IMG/VR virus record: IMGVR_UViG_3300028666_000001
Span: 1-64,000 of that record
DNA from: a virus
Taxonomy: Duplodnaviria; Heunggongvirae; Uroviricota; Caudoviricetes
Length of the DNA: 64,000 nucleotides
Reading direction: 5' to 3' (one strand)
Below the pieces are notes generated by a model that saw only the letters and a program-made list of their open reading frames with translations, was not told the origin of the DNA and ran no database searches. Below are positions 39,651 through 49,928 of this stretch, in pieces (within the stretch, counting starts at the first letter, position 1; the number at the start of each line of letters is the position of its first letter). The translations under genes were made by a program, and so were the position numbers.

Positions 39651-40040
39651 ATGACTGATATTATAAATGATTTAAAAAAGCTTGAATCAGAACATGAGAA
39701 GCAGCTACTTGAAATACGCCTGAAGATTCGTGATATTGATAGTATACCCAAAGCTAAGGCTTTGGTTGGGCGATACTTTAGATATTCAGGGGGCTTTGGA
39801 TTCTTTCATACTGCTAAAGTAAAGTCCTATATTTATAAACGTGTTATTGGTGTTGATGTGGATAGAGTTATTACTGATAGTTTCCAGGTTGAGAGAAGTG
39901 GAAAGATTGAGATCGCTTATGGACAGTCAGATTATGTAGATCATTTTACCAATAAATTCTATACAGAGATTACTGAAAGACAATATTTTGCAGCATACAA
40001 AAAGATGCTTAAATCTGTTCAGGAACATGGTAAACGTTAA
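39651..40040 (+). CDS. hypothetical protein
   Basis: 129 aa ORF. Confidence 0.4.
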   Translation: MTDIINDLKKLESEHEKQLLEIRLKIRDIDSIPKAKALVGRYFRYSGGFGFFHTAKVKSYIYKRVIGVDVDRVITDSFQVERSGKIEIAYGQSDYVDHFTNKFYTEITERQYFAAYKKMLKSVQEHGKR

Positions 40041-40130
40041 TGTTTAGATTAGAGCAGTTCATGTGGTGGTTGATTGGTAAGCAAATGAACTTTGTTTGGT
40101 GGTTGAAGGATAGAAGGCTGAGGAGTTATT

Positions 40131-40502
40131 GTGAAACTCTACGTAGACGATCTTAGGATTTGTCCAGAGGGTTGGACATTAGCCCGTACAAACACAGAAG
40201 CTATTAGACTTTTAGCTACTGGATATGTTACAGAGATATCTATAGATCATGATATTTGTGTGCCTAATGCTCATCTTATAAATCAGACTGTCCGTAAACG
40301 TCTTGCCATTGGAGAAGAGACATATCAGCCTGTGGCTTATTATATTGCTGCTATGCCAAAGCCCAATCTGATTAAAGTAAATTTCCATACAGCTAATCCA
40401 GAGGGAGCAGCAAAGATGAAGAGTATCCTTGATGCAGTAGGTATTGAATCTACCTATACCCCAGGCAGTTATCTTATTGACTTAGGAGATACAGAGATAT
40501 GA
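40131..40502 (+). CDS. hypothetical protein (GTG start per track)
   Basis: 123 aa ORF. Confidence 0.35.
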   Translation: MKLYVDDLRICPEGWTLARTNTEAIRLLATGYVTEISIDHDICVPNAHLINQTVRKRLAIGEETYQPVAYYIAAMPKPNLIKVNFHTANPEGAAKMKSILDAVGIESTYTPGSYLIDLGDTEI

Positions 40503-40888
40503 GAGAGATTGAGTTTCGAGCTTGGAATAAAAAGACCCAGAAGATGCTTCATGCTCCTGGTCCTTGTGAGAGTACTCTAGGACCTACTATGACGTTTGAT
40601 GGTCGCACATATATAAATGGTGTATATCAAGATCTGATTTACATGACATGGAGTGGTTTAATTGATAAAGAAGCTGAGAAGATCTTTGAAGGTGATATCC
40701 TTGGTGGGTTTTGGGAAGGTGGCTATATCGCATATTGCGATTTGTGCAAGAGCCTTCAATACCATTCAATGGATATATGTTTTGCCTGTGAGGGTGATGT
40801 TCACTGGTATGAGCTGGTTGAAGCAGATGGAACGCTTGAGATTTTGGGGAATGTGTATGAGAATCCAGAACTAATGGAGATAAGATGA
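40499..40888 (+). CDS. YopX-family phage protein
   Basis: N-terminal MREIEFRAWNKKTQKM typical of YopX domain. Confidence 0.5.
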   Translation: MREIEFRAWNKKTQKMLHAPGPCESTLGPTMTFDGRTYINGVYQDLIYMTWSGLIDKEAEKIFEGDILGGFWEGGYIAYCDLCKSLQYHSMDICFACEGDVHWYELVEADGTLEILGNVYENPELMEIR

Positions 40889-41109
40889 AAAAAATAGTTT
40901 TGTTTGGATTGCTGCTTGGCTTTATTGGTTGTGCTAAAGAATCTCATGAAGTTACTTGTATTGCAGATTTCTCTATAATTCCTTATCACACTCACACACA
41001 AGGTCCAGTATTTACTGTGACAGTGAATGATCAGACTTATCTTACCTTTGTAGATGCACAAGGTAAGAAAACGATCTTCGATAAGCATTATATGTGTGAG
41101 ATCAATTGA
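40885..41109 (+). CDS. lipoprotein
   Basis: MKKIVLFGLLLGFIGC lipobox. Confidence 0.45.
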   Translation: MKKIVLFGLLLGFIGCAKESHEVTCIADFSIIPYHTHTQGPVFTVTVNDQTYLTFVDAQGKKTIFDKHYMCEIN

Positions 41110-41534
41110 AGATAGAAGTGTATTCAGATGGCTCAGGCATGACAAAGGCCACACCAGCAGGGTATGGCTTTGTGGTCACTAAAAATTCCGTTAAGGTACA
41201 TGAAGGGTCAGGATATTTACCATTGGGCACTAACAATGACGCTGAGCTTCAGGGTGCGATTGAGGGGCTTAATTCTGTTCATGATGTCTTTGGTGAGTTG
41301 GAAAAGGATGATGAAGTAATCTTGGTGTCCGATTCCCAGATCATTTTGAATTGGGCTGATGGCACTAATCAATTTAAACAGGAAGAGAAGATGGATAAAT
41401 ACTTTGCCCTACGTAATCTAATGGGAGATCTAAAGGCAAAGACTCGTTGGGTCCCAGGTCATAGTGGAGATCTACATAACGAGCGTTGTGATAAACTTGC
41501 TAATGCAGCAAGACTTGGAGGCGTAAATGGATAA
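41106..41534 (+). CDS. rnhA: ribonuclease H
   Basis: VYSDGSG, TNNDAELQGAIEGL, VSDSQ, HSGDLHNERCDKLA: DEDD catalytic pattern of RNase HI. Confidence 0.8.
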   Translation: MKIEVYSDGSGMTKATPAGYGFVVTKNSVKVHEGSGYLPLGTNNDAELQGAIEGLNSVHDVFGELEKDDEVILVSDSQIILNWADGTNQFKQEEKMDKYFALRNLMGDLKAKTRWVPGHSGDLHNERCDKLANAARLGGVNG

Positions 41535-41687
41535 TTTTGTTATTACAACTGGTAGTGGTTCATACACTGGCCCTGTTACATTGGTCGCATGGATATTTAT
41601 TCATCCATGGATGACATTATTTATTTGTCTTTCCATTGCTGAAGCATTTGAAGCATGGGGTAAAGCATTTGGTCGGAGGAAGAAATA

Positions 41688-42308
41688 ATGAAACGAGTAC
41701 TTAGCAGCGGTTTTATAAAAGTACACCAGATTCTTGGAACTGAGAAAGAACGCCTAGATACCATTACTTGTCTTGGCTATCTTGGTGATAAAGCAATAGA
41801 ATACATCCTCTTTAATAACCCAGCGGTGCTTGATTACGTTGAGTTTAGATTTGAAGTCAAGGCTCCTCTGCTTACCCTTCTAGACTTCCAGGATGCCCAT
41901 TTAGGCACTATAAGTAAGCCAGAGGACTCTGAGCATCAAGTAGCCTATTTACCCTCCCAATTCTATTCCAAGGATGGTTTAACGTACAAGATTATGGACG
42001 TTAAGAGCTGTAATGCTCACTATACTAAACTTAACAACTTCTTTGAATGGTCCTTCAATTTTTATAATAAATTGGTCAAAGAGGGAATGTGTCAGGAGCA
42101 AGCTAAGCTTGTGCTGCCTCAAGGTGTATTTGTCACCTTTATGTGGAATATCACAGCCAAAGATCTAATCGAATTCATTGAACAGCATTATAATGACTCA
42201 CCAGAAATCTATGGATATTGTTCTACATTTGTGTTATATCTTGAAGAACATTTGCCACTTACTATGAGATATCTGAAGGCTCACGAATGGCAACACATAA
42301 GCCTGTAA
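41688..42308 (+). CDS. hypothetical protein
   Basis: 206 aa ORF. Confidence 0.4.
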   Translation: MKRVLSSGFIKVHQILGTEKERLDTITCLGYLGDKAIEYILFNNPAVLDYVEFRFEVKAPLLTLLDFQDAHLGTISKPEDSEHQVAYLPSQFYSKDGLTYKIMDVKSCNAHYTKLNNFFEWSFNFYNKLVKEGMCQEQAKLVLPQGVFVTFMWNITAKDLIEFIEQHYNDSPEIYGYCSTFVLYLEEHLPLTMRYLKAHEWQHISL

Positions 42309-42505
42309 TTGATGTACCTTGTAAGCTTTGTAGTCATAATCAAAGCCAACATGAGGATTTAGTAAATCCTAGTATTGACCCAATTGGTTTACAATATTGT
42401 AGTGGATGCTATAATTCTTTGGGTGAAGAAAGTTGCTTTCACGATTTTAGTCCAGACAATTTAAAATACCTGGAATTAGAGTATGAACGAAAAGAACAGC
42501 GTTAG
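42287..42505 (+). CDS. DNLxYLE-tail small Zn-knuckle protein
   Basis: CKLCSHNQSQH..CSGC; tail DNLKYLELE. Confidence 0.6.
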   Translation: MATHKPVIDVPCKLCSHNQSQHEDLVNPSIDPIGLQYCSGCYNSLGEESCFHDFSPDNLKYLELEYERKEQR

Positions 42506-42734
42506 GTTTGTAGGTGAAGGATCGAAGTGCAAGAATTGCCCCCATTTAAAGTATATTCATGAGTCTACTAATGGTATGGCTGTTCTCACATGCGGGAATT
42601 TTGAGTTCGAAGATAATCTCCAGTATTTGGAGTATCAACTTCAGTTAAAGGAAAAACGTGTTAAGACTTATTGGGATCGCTTGTGCAACTATTGCCCTAT
42701 TTTTCGAATTTTCAAGTTATCTAAGACAGATTAA
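42483..42734 (+). CDS. DNLxYLE-motif Zn-knuckle protein
   Basis: CKNCPHLKYIH..C; DNLQYLEYQ. Confidence 0.55.
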   Translation: MNEKNSVRFVGEGSKCKNCPHLKYIHESTNGMAVLTCGNFEFEDNLQYLEYQLQLKEKRVKTYWDRLCNYCPIFRIFKLSKTD

Positions 42735-42940
42735 GAAGACACTTAGAGCTAGACATTCCAATCAAGTGTCATCTTCTTCTTATCTATTTAAGATAGCAAA
42801 GATCTCTTTCAATTTAATTAATTTAGCTATATTCTCTAATTGGGTTGGTTTTGGGATGGAGTCTGCAGCTCTTGTTATTTGTGTAGCAGCCTTAACGGTT
42901 ATCTCGCATTTTAAACCAAAAGGTTGGAGGTTGATTCACT

Positions 42941-43126
42941 TTGGAAAATAATTTCATATGCGTTTGTGGGCATCCAAAAAGTATGCATAGAGATAGTGAT
43001 CCCTGGTTTGATGGACGAGCTACTTGTTTGATGTCTAACTCTTCTTCTGGGGTTCATTTCTGTTTGTTTAAACTTGATAATCTTAGGTATTTAGAATATG
43101 TCCTCAATCAGCGAAAATTGGTTTAG
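42941..43126 (+). CDS. DNLxYLE-tail small Zn-knuckle protein
   Basis: CVCGHPKSMH; tail DNLRYLEYV. Confidence 0.6.
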   Translation: MENNFICVCGHPKSMHRDSDPWFDGRATCLMSNSSSGVHFCLFKLDNLRYLEYVLNQRKLV

Positions 43127-43520
43127 ATCATCAGTAGTTGGAACTGATCCCGTTACTAAGGGAACATTCATAATTCAATGGGCTAATTTTATTTATGACC
43201 TTGAATCTCAGGATGATGGTACTGGAACTGCAGTATTCAAAGAGGCTAGGGTAGAGGGTCAGATTTTAATTGAGGGTCCAGCTAGTCGCAATCCATTGTA
43301 TCAAGTAGCGAGAGATCATATGTTACGTTTGCAGGGGTTAATGGCAACAGTTATATTTGGTGCTGAGAAGAAGCTTATTCGTTTTGATTCCATATCAGAC
43401 TATCAGATCCAGGAAGATGGAATTGTAAATGAGATTGAATTAAAGGCTGTATTTGAGATATTAAATAATTTAGAATATTTAGAGAACATACAAGCCTATA
43501 AGGAGAACAATCTATTATGA
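43098..43520 (+). CDS. DNLxYLE-tail family, long form
   Basis: tail NNLEYLENI. Confidence 0.5.
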   Translation: MSSISENWFRSSVVGTDPVTKGTFIIQWANFIYDLESQDDGTGTAVFKEARVEGQILIEGPASRNPLYQVARDHMLRLQGLMATVIFGAEKKLIRFDSISDYQIQEDGIVNEIELKAVFEILNNLEYLENIQAYKENNLL

Positions 43521-43720
43521 GAAAAATGGAATGTGATGATTGTGGTTGCATAAAGAGCCTTCACAAAAAAACATCTGATAGGAAACCTTATTGTTATGGA
43601 TGTTGGGAAATCTTGCGTGATAATAGAACAGAATATATTAAAAGTGGTACATCTGCGTGGCATATTTTTAAATTAAATAATTTGAAGTGGCTTGAACAGC
43701 AGTATGAAAAGACCTTGTAA
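43517..43720 (+). CDS. DNLxYLE-tail small Zn-knuckle protein
   Basis: CDDCGCIKSLH..CYGC; tail NNLKWLEQQ. Confidence 0.6.
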   Translation: MRKMECDDCGCIKSLHKKTSDRKPYCYGCWEILRDNRTEYIKSGTSAWHIFKLNNLKWLEQQYEKTL

Positions 43721-43883
43721 ATGTGGCTGTAGCTTTGAGGATCATGTAGAATTAAGATTTGAAACTCCAAAACCATTTATCTATTATTGTAGGAATTGTG
43801 GAAGTAAACCTCCAAGTTGGTGTTACAATTATGTACCAATTGACAATTTAGAATACCTAGAGTGGTTACTACGTGATGAATAA
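43692..43883 (+). CDS. DNLxYLE-tail small Zn-knuckle protein
   Basis: CKCGCSFEDH..CRNC; tail DNLEYLEWL. Confidence 0.6.
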   Translation: MNSSMKRPCKCGCSFEDHVELRFETPKPFIYYCRNCGSKPPSWCYNYVPIDNLEYLEWLLRDE

Positions 43884-44067
43884 ACATTGTAAGAATTGTG
43901 GATTTCTGTGGAACCAACATCCTGATGGTGCAAAAGATTCTGAGACGTTCGCTTATATTCGTATTATGGCAAAGAATGATAATCCTCATTCAAAGTGTAA
44001 GTGTAAGAGATTCAAACCAATGAGTAATTTAGAATTCTTGGAGTGGAAGGTTAAACATGGTAGATAA
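43873..44067 (+). CDS. DNLxYLE-tail small Zn-knuckle protein
   Basis: CKNCGFLWNQH..CKC; tail SNLEFLEWK. Confidence 0.6.
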   Translation: MMNKHCKNCGFLWNQHPDGAKDSETFAYIRIMAKNDNPHSKCKCKRFKPMSNLEFLEWKVKHGR

Positions 44068-44386
44068 GATTTGTTCCTGTGATCATGAAGAGGTATCTCA
44101 TAAGCTCAGAGATAAGAGCGTGGATGAGATCCTTAATGCTATGCGTCAGGATCGAACTATTGAGGCCAAATATAGTCCAGGCCAAATGGAAGCATTAGGA
44201 TTCTTTGTACCACAAGATAATAATAAGTATTATACCTATGGTGACATAAAAGATGCTATAGCTCGAATCAGAGATACTTATAGTCCATGTCAGAAGCGGT
44301 TTTGTCCTTGTAGAAAGTTTGAGGCAGACAATCTTAAGACCTTGGAGAAAATGTGTGAGCGTAAAACCAGTCAGATTGTACATTGA
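44057..44386 (+). CDS. DNLxYLE-tail Zn-knuckle protein
   Basis: CSCDHEEVSH..CPC; tail DNLKTLEKM. Confidence 0.55.
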   Translation: MVDKICSCDHEEVSHKLRDKSVDEILNAMRQDRTIEAKYSPGQMEALGFFVPQDNNKYYTYGDIKDAIARIRDTYSPCQKRFCPCRKFEADNLKTLEKMCERKTSQIVH

Positions 44387-44804
44387 TCCTATCCTTCATA
44401 AGCCCTGTGAGTTGATTACAGACTTCTCAGGACTAGATAACCTTGCTGGTGATATGATTGAAACAATGTTATCTTATCGAGGTATTGGACTTGCTGCCAA
44501 TCAGATTGGGGTGAACAAAAATCTCGCTGCTCTTTATTTAGAAGATAAGACTAAAATTATTCTAGTTGCGAATATTATAATAAAGGGGTATACTAAAGAG
44601 ACAGACATTCAGAAAGAAGGGTGTTTGAGTTGTCCTGGTGTATCTGTTCCAATGACAAGATGTTTAGGGATTGAAATAGAAGCACAACGTTTGAATGGAC
44701 AGAAAATTAATTTAAAGTTTGAAGGATTTGATGCAAGGATTTTGCAGCACGAGTATGATCATTTGAATGGAAAACTTATTATAAACAATTTAATGAAATT
44801 ATGA
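44355..44804 (+). CDS. def: peptide deformylase
   Basis: GIGLAANQIG, EGCLSCPG, HEYDHLNG = PDF motifs 1-3; likely GTG start 44355 in-frame with track ORF 44319. Confidence 0.85.
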   Translation: MSVKPVRLYIDPILHKPCELITDFSGLDNLAGDMIETMLSYRGIGLAANQIGVNKNLAALYLEDKTKIILVANIIIKGYTKETDIQKEGCLSCPGVSVPMTRCLGIEIEAQRLNGQKINLKFEGFDARILQHEYDHLNGKLIINNLMKL

Positions 44805-45262
44805 AAGCAAAATTAGAATCACAACTTGTTAAAGATTTTCCCCTTACCTTCCTGCGTGATGCCAATGGACGTGAGCCTTGGTCCATGTTTGGTTTTGAGT
44901 GTGGTGATGGTTGGGAACCTTCTATTCGTAAGGTAGCTGAGAAGCTTGAACCTCTAATCAAAGCTGCAAAAGAAATAGATCCAGAAGGATATAAAGCTGG
45001 ATTCTATCGAACCTCCCAATTAAAAGAAAAGTTTGGTACTGGTCGCTGGTATCTCTCAGGTGGTACGGATGAGATGCAGAATATAGTAGATACTTGGGAA
45101 GCAGGAACGGATAAGATTTGTGAGACGTGTGGTGAGCCAGGTAAACTCTTTACTAATGGTTGGTATTATACAGCTTGCTGGGATCATACAAGATTACAAG
45201 ATAAAGGTAACTTAGGAATTGTTGAGAAAGCATTAGATGAAAAGGAGAAACGCAATGGGTAA
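44801..45262 (+). CDS. hypothetical protein
   Basis: 153 aa ORF, ATGA-coupled to def. Confidence 0.4.
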   Translation: MKAKLESQLVKDFPLTFLRDANGREPWSMFGFECGDGWEPSIRKVAEKLEPLIKAAKEIDPEGYKAGFYRTSQLKEKFGTGRWYLSGGTDEMQNIVDTWEAGTDKICETCGEPGKLFTNGWYYTACWDHTRLQDKGNLGIVEKALDEKEKRNG

Positions 45263-45423
45263 ATTTGAACGAGAAGACAGCAAGAGAGTATTAGCAGGTA
45301 AACCAGTTATGAGAGGCACACGAAGACCAACACTATGGGATCTTCTTACTTGGCCCTATCGTGCATTCCAACAACGTCAACGTGAGCGAGAGATTCGTAA
45401 GAATCTATTTAAAGGAGAATAAG

Positions 45424-45762
45424 ATGAGTGAAAAGCAGGAAGTACATGTCTGTAAAGCATGTGGAACAATTCAGATTGTTGAATCTGCATATTCCAAAAT
45501 GACTGAGCTTCAGAAAGCCACAGTAGCAGCACAGCAAGCAGCAATCGATTTCTTGGAGTCTATTGCTGATGGATATGATCAAGATAGCGCACCTCTTCAT
45601 GGAACATCAGCTGAGCATCTTCAATGCTCTGATGTTCGAGAGAAGATTCCTGTCGTATCAGATGTTAATATTTCACAGTTGCAGAAGTTACTAGTAGATT
45701 TCTTTCAAAGAAATATCTCACTCGAAATAAAGGAGACTCAAAATGGCACGAAGAACAATTGA
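45424..45762 (+). CDS. hypothetical protein
   Basis: AAAGGAGAATAAGATG RBS. Confidence 0.4.
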   Translation: MSEKQEVHVCKACGTIQIVESAYSKMTELQKATVAAQQAAIDFLESIADGYDQDSAPLHGTSAEHLQCSDVREKIPVVSDVNISQLQKLLVDFFQRNISLEIKETQNGTKNN

Positions 45763-45931
45763 TCCAGCAGTAAAGACAGCAGTAGTTGCAGCAGCATTGG
45801 CAGATGGAGCTAATCTTCCAGAGATCGCAAAGCAATACGGCGTTTCTCTCCCAACGGTTTACAATTGGAAGAATGCCGTACTTCGAGCAGAACAGCCAGC
45901 ATTGGCCCCAGCAGCAGTACCAGTGGTGTAA
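45743..45931 (+). CDS. helix-turn-helix DNA-binding protein
   Basis: LPEIAKQYGVSLPTVYNWK resembles transposase/terminase-small-subunit HTH. Confidence 0.4.
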   Translation: MARRTIDPAVKTAVVAAALADGANLPEIAKQYGVSLPTVYNWKNAVLRAEQPALAPAAVPVV

Positions 45932-46301
45932 TCATGGGATTCTTTCTAGGTTGGTTTGCTTTTTGTCTAATCTTTAATTTGATCTTGCTTGGCGTAGCTG
46001 TATGGGCAGTGATTAAGATCGTAAGGAAGATCTGTAAATGAATAAGAATTCAGTTGTAATGGTTGTTCCAAATACAAAAGAGGGACTGTCGGCAATTAAA
46101 GAACTTGCCAAACAAATTGTTGATAACGAGATCTTTGTTAGACTTGTTACTAAGAAAGAGTTTGAGAAGGGATTCGCTAGAATCAAATAGACATGTGGCT
46201 ACTTGATGATGATGTTTGCCCTACATGTTTGGAGAATAAACGTCAGTTGGGTTGTATAAGTGAATTTCATATTAAGTATGAAAAAATAAAGGAGACTCAA
46301 A

Positions 46302-46670
46302 ATGCGTGAAGAAACGATTATCAATGGATTCAAATCTTTAGAACAACGTCTTGGTCAGGTTGTCCAATTCCTTCAGGGTTTCCAACAGGCTATCCGTTTG
46401 GATTCAACCAGCAAAGAGATTCGTCTCTTGGCTATTCAGCAGCTTTTGGTTAAAAAAGCCTTGCTAACTGAAGCAGAGATCACAGAACAATCAGGTGAAG
46501 TTATTAAGCAGATGCAGAAACAGGCTGAAGAAGAAGCAGCTAAAGCAGCTGAAGCAGCTAAAACTCCAGTCATTGTTCCAGCTACTCCAGAACAGACAGC
46601 ACAAGTTGCAGCAACACCAACAGCAGCAGCTGAAGCAGAAGTAACAGCAGTAGTTCCACCTCAAGCTTAA
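46302..46670 (+). CDS. hypothetical A/E/Q-rich protein
   Basis: GGAG RBS. Confidence 0.35.
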   Translation: MREETIINGFKSLEQRLGQVVQFLQGFQQAIRLDSTSKEIRLLAIQQLLVKKALLTEAEITEQSGEVIKQMQKQAEEEAAKAAEAAKTPVIVPATPEQTAQVAATPTAAAEAEVTAVVPPQA

Positions 46671-47234
46671 TGCTTAAAAGCATGGCGCAACAGGTAGTTG
46701 TATTCTTCGTGTTAGCATTGTATACTTCTGTTATATTAGGTATAGGATGGTTTGCAGCTATAACATATGAATCTTCTGCTATTGAGTTGGAAAGGTCAGT
46801 TTATTCTTCGGTCAAGTTTGCTAAGCATTTTCCTCCCCCTCAACCAGGATATGAAGAGTGTACAAGTGATCCTGTACCAGGGGAAAAGAATTTCTTTATT
46901 AAACTTTGTCAGGATACACCTTTGGAGAAATAAGGAGATATGAATGGAAAACCATGAGAGATTTACTGTTTCAGTAAGTTTCACTGTATGTGAAGGTTTA
47001 AAAGATAAAGCCTTAGAAGAAGTCAAAGATCTTCTTAATCATATTCATACAAAAGCATTGGATCATGCTAGTGATGTAAAAGTTAAAGTTACACATGAGC
47101 CAATAGAATGAAAGACTTTTACGGGTTTGCTTCAGAACATCCGTTTCTAACTTTCTTTTTGTTTGCAATTGTATTTGATTGTATTTCAGATTGTTTTAAA
47201 GCTATAGCAGGTATATTTAAAAGGAGATCTTAAT

Positions 47235-47915
47235 ATGGAACTAGTTCAGAAAGATTCAAATGATCCAAAGTATGTTGCGGATAATCCAGGTATGAATGCT
47301 GAACAGGCTAAAGCTTTTGCTGCCCTCGCTGGTGTAGCTACAGCAGCTAAAGCAGCAGATCCAAGACTTGCAATGGCACAAACGATTGCAGCTCAAACAG
47401 GTAAAACTATAGAAGAAGTATTGTCATTCATGGGTCCTGCAGTTTCAGCTCCAGTACCAGCAGCACCAGCAGAGATCTTTGCAGAAGAGCCTCTTGAAGA
47501 GATTAAAGATGCAAAGCCAGCAAAGGTTGTAGTTCCAGTAGCTGAAGTCCCAGGTGATGATAAGTTCGTCGTTACTGAGATCGTCAATCTGGAAGATGCT
47601 TCTGAAGCAGATCTTGACAAACTTGCACAGGAAGAGGAAGACGAAACGCAAGATTGGAGTGGAAAGATCCGAGTAGGTAGCAAAGTAAAGATCATCTATC
47701 AGGTTTCTGCCAGCCGTATCAATTGGATTGGTAAGAAAGGCAAAGTAACCCGTATCATTGGTAATGAAGCTGCTAAGGTATTCGATGTTGAGTTCCAGGG
47801 TGGTAAGATTCCAAAGATTCGTTTGAATAAGAAAACTGGCAAACTTGAGCGTGGTTATGAGAAGAAGGTTATTCGTAATACGTTCTCAGAAGACCAGATC
47901 GAACTAGCCGACTAA
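47235..47915 (+). CDS. hypothetical acidic protein with KOW-like C-terminal region
   Basis: AAAGGAG RBS; A/P-rich N-half. Confidence 0.4.
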   Translation: MELVQKDSNDPKYVADNPGMNAEQAKAFAALAGVATAAKAADPRLAMAQTIAAQTGKTIEEVLSFMGPAVSAPVPAAPAEIFAEEPLEEIKDAKPAKVVVPVAEVPGDDKFVVTEIVNLEDASEADLDKLAQEEEDETQDWSGKIRVGSKVKIIYQVSASRINWIGKKGKVTRIIGNEAAKVFDVEFQGGKIPKIRLNKKTGKLERGYEKKVIRNTFSEDQIELAD

Positions 47916-48100
47916 TGAATAGAAGTCCTTGTAGAATTTGTGGGGCTTGGAGAGTACAAGGTTATCATTTTGTTCCTGTGGATATAGGTGGACCTACTAC
48001 TAATATCCCCAATCCTTATGTCCGTAAAGAAGAATGTGTTCCATCTGATAATCTTGAGTATTTAGAACAGCAATATGAGAAACGAAATGTTCAAAAGTGA
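47915..48100 (+). CDS. DNLxYLE-tail small Zn-knuckle protein
   Basis: CRICG..H; tail DNLEYLEQQ. Confidence 0.6.
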   Translation: MNRSPCRICGAWRVQGYHFVPVDIGGPTTNIPNPYVRKEECVPSDNLEYLEQQYEKRNVQK

Positions 48101-48260
48101 TTGCAGAAACTGCAAACACAATAATCATGGTGATCACTGTGATGTTGTTTATTGTTCTTATGGTGATCCAAGTGAACCTGATTATTGTGAGTGTTCAGAG
48201 TATATACCATCCAACAATTTAGAATATGTTGAATGGTCCTATCTTAGGAGTGTAAAATGA
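48075..48260 (+). CDS. DNLxYLE-tail small Zn-knuckle protein
   Basis: CRNCKHNNHGDHC..CEC; tail NNLEYVEWS. Confidence 0.6.
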   Translation: MRNEMFKSDCRNCKHNNHGDHCDVVYCSYGDPSEPDYCECSEYIPSNNLEYVEWSYLRSVK

Positions 48261-48571
48261 GTATGACAATTGGTATTCCAACAGGTGCTTCACAAATAGT
48301 TCCAGTAGGAGCTTATCCTCCCCCACCCACAGGTAATCTTAAAATGCCCTCTTATCCAGGTGAAGATCTTAAGCCTGAAAAAGAATGGGAACCAGAATTC
48401 AGAGAAACCTTTTCTAAGGGGATTCTGAAGATGAGAATGCAGGAGTATTTTGGTGGGAAATATACAAAGAAATACATTGATACTTATTTAGAATTTATGG
48501 TTCTTAGTGGTATGGTTAATAACCTCGAATATTTAGAATTCAAGGGGATGTTGGCAAGGGAGTCTCTATGA
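48257..48571 (+). CDS. DNLxYLE-tail family, long form
   Basis: tail NNLEYLEFK. Confidence 0.5.
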   Translation: MSMTIGIPTGASQIVPVGAYPPPPTGNLKMPSYPGEDLKPEKEWEPEFRETFSKGILKMRMQEYFGGKYTKKYIDTYLEFMVLSGMVNNLEYLEFKGMLARESL

Positions 48572-48987
48572 GACGTATCCAGCGATTCCATGTACTATCT
48601 GTCTTTGGTGATATGAAACCCCACAATTATAATGATGCTATTATGATTGGTTCTTTGCACATTTCTAATCCAGCTAATCGTATGGAGATTTGGCCTGGGC
48701 AGAAGATCAGCAAGAATATGTATGCCAGTCAGGTATTCGAAGCAATGGTTAAAAAGTTGATGGAAGATGGTCTATTAAAACGTGTAGAAACCAATGAGAT
48801 TCGAATGGCAAGACTTAATAAAGAATACATGATTGATGCACGAGACTGGAATATTCAGATTACAGAAAAGGGTCGTGATTGCTTAGGTATGGAACAGATC
48901 GCTCGTTCAGGTGATTATAGCTTCTATAAGAACTTTGATGGTACAACAGGCAGCGCAGCAAAGATTAACCCAGGTCTGTTTAAATAA
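48568..48987 (+). CDS. hypothetical protein
   Basis: 139 aa ORF. Confidence 0.4.
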   Translation: MRRIQRFHVLSVFGDMKPHNYNDAIMIGSLHISNPANRMEIWPGQKISKNMYASQVFEAMVKKLMEDGLLKRVETNEIRMARLNKEYMIDARDWNIQITEKGRDCLGMEQIARSGDYSFYKNFDGTTGSAAKINPGLFK

Positions 48988-49184
48988 TGAAAGATCTTTG
49001 TAGGTGTGGGCATTTAAAACCAATGCATATTACTTGGTCTAATGGCGGTGTTGCTGTTAGCTATGATGTTACAACATGTATTGGGTATAGAGATGAAGCA
49101 TTGGGTGTATGTCCATGCAAGAGTTTTATTCCAGATGACAATCTTGAATTTCTAGAACTTGAAGCAGCGAAGAGAGGTAAATAA
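48987..49184 (+). CDS. DNLxYLE-tail small Zn-knuckle protein
   Basis: CRCGHLKPMH..CPC; tail DNLEFLELE. Confidence 0.6.
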   Translation: MKDLCRCGHLKPMHITWSNGGVAVSYDVTTCIGYRDEALGVCPCKSFIPDDNLEFLELEAAKRGK

Positions 49185-49368
49185 CAATGCCATATGGTAG
49201 ACGTAAATATGGGAGACTTAAAAGACAGGGGGTAAAACCAGTGGATGTGAGCATACCAAATTTTATCTGTCCTAAGTGTAAGAAGATTAGACCCATTGAT
49301 ACACAGCACACCGAAATAACAGCCCTTGAAAATAAACAATTATTGATGTATACTAAGCTGTGTGGTGA

Positions 49369-49680
49369 TTGTACAAAGCTATTGCAAGAATGGTTGAAAG
49401 GATGAAAGTATTTCTTCTTTGGTTTAATGAATGGGAAGCTAACTATGTGCTTGGGATCTTTGAGTCTAAAGAACAGGCTGAACGATGGCAATCTTATTTT
49501 GTAGCTAATCCACTTGACGATGATTATGGTCCTGATATGGCGCATTTTGCAAGGGGTGAAGTTGATTGGACAAGTAGATTTATGATTGAGGAATATGAGG
49601 TTGGTAAGCTAAAACCAAGTATCAAAATTGATAACCTGAAGTATGTCGAGCATTTATTTACGGAGAATGAAGATGCATGA
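49369..49680 (+). CDS. DNLxYLE-tail family, long form
   Basis: tail DNLKYVEHL. Confidence 0.5.
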   Translation: MYKAIARMVERMKVFLLWFNEWEANYVLGIFESKEQAERWQSYFVANPLDDDYGPDMAHFARGEVDWTSRFMIEEYEVGKLKPSIKIDNLKYVEHLFTENEDA

Positions 49681-49928
49681 GAAATTAGTAGAATTAAGTT
49701 TACTGGAAAAGAATTGGGATTCTTATGGTGGAAAGCCTATGACACGACTTGCCCTACAACAGGCTGAATTACTTCTCCGATGCTTTGCAGCTATTGATGC
49801 AGTTGAACCTTTTGTTATTCCCACAAGCGGTGGTGGTATTCAACTAGAATGGCATACAGGTGGTTATGATTTAGAGATGGAAATTTTAGACAGTGGAATA
49901 GTGGGGGAAGTATATACTACGAGATATA

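Noticed and set aside
41688-42308. ThyX-like flavin-dependent thymidylate synthase
   Set aside because: Superficial N-terminal resemblance only. The diagnostic RHR..S motif is absent.
45743-45931. IS3-type transposase OrfA-like HTH, possible insertion sequence
   Set aside because: No downstream DDE transposase ORF and no inverted repeats or target duplications visible. More likely a small phage DNA-binding protein.
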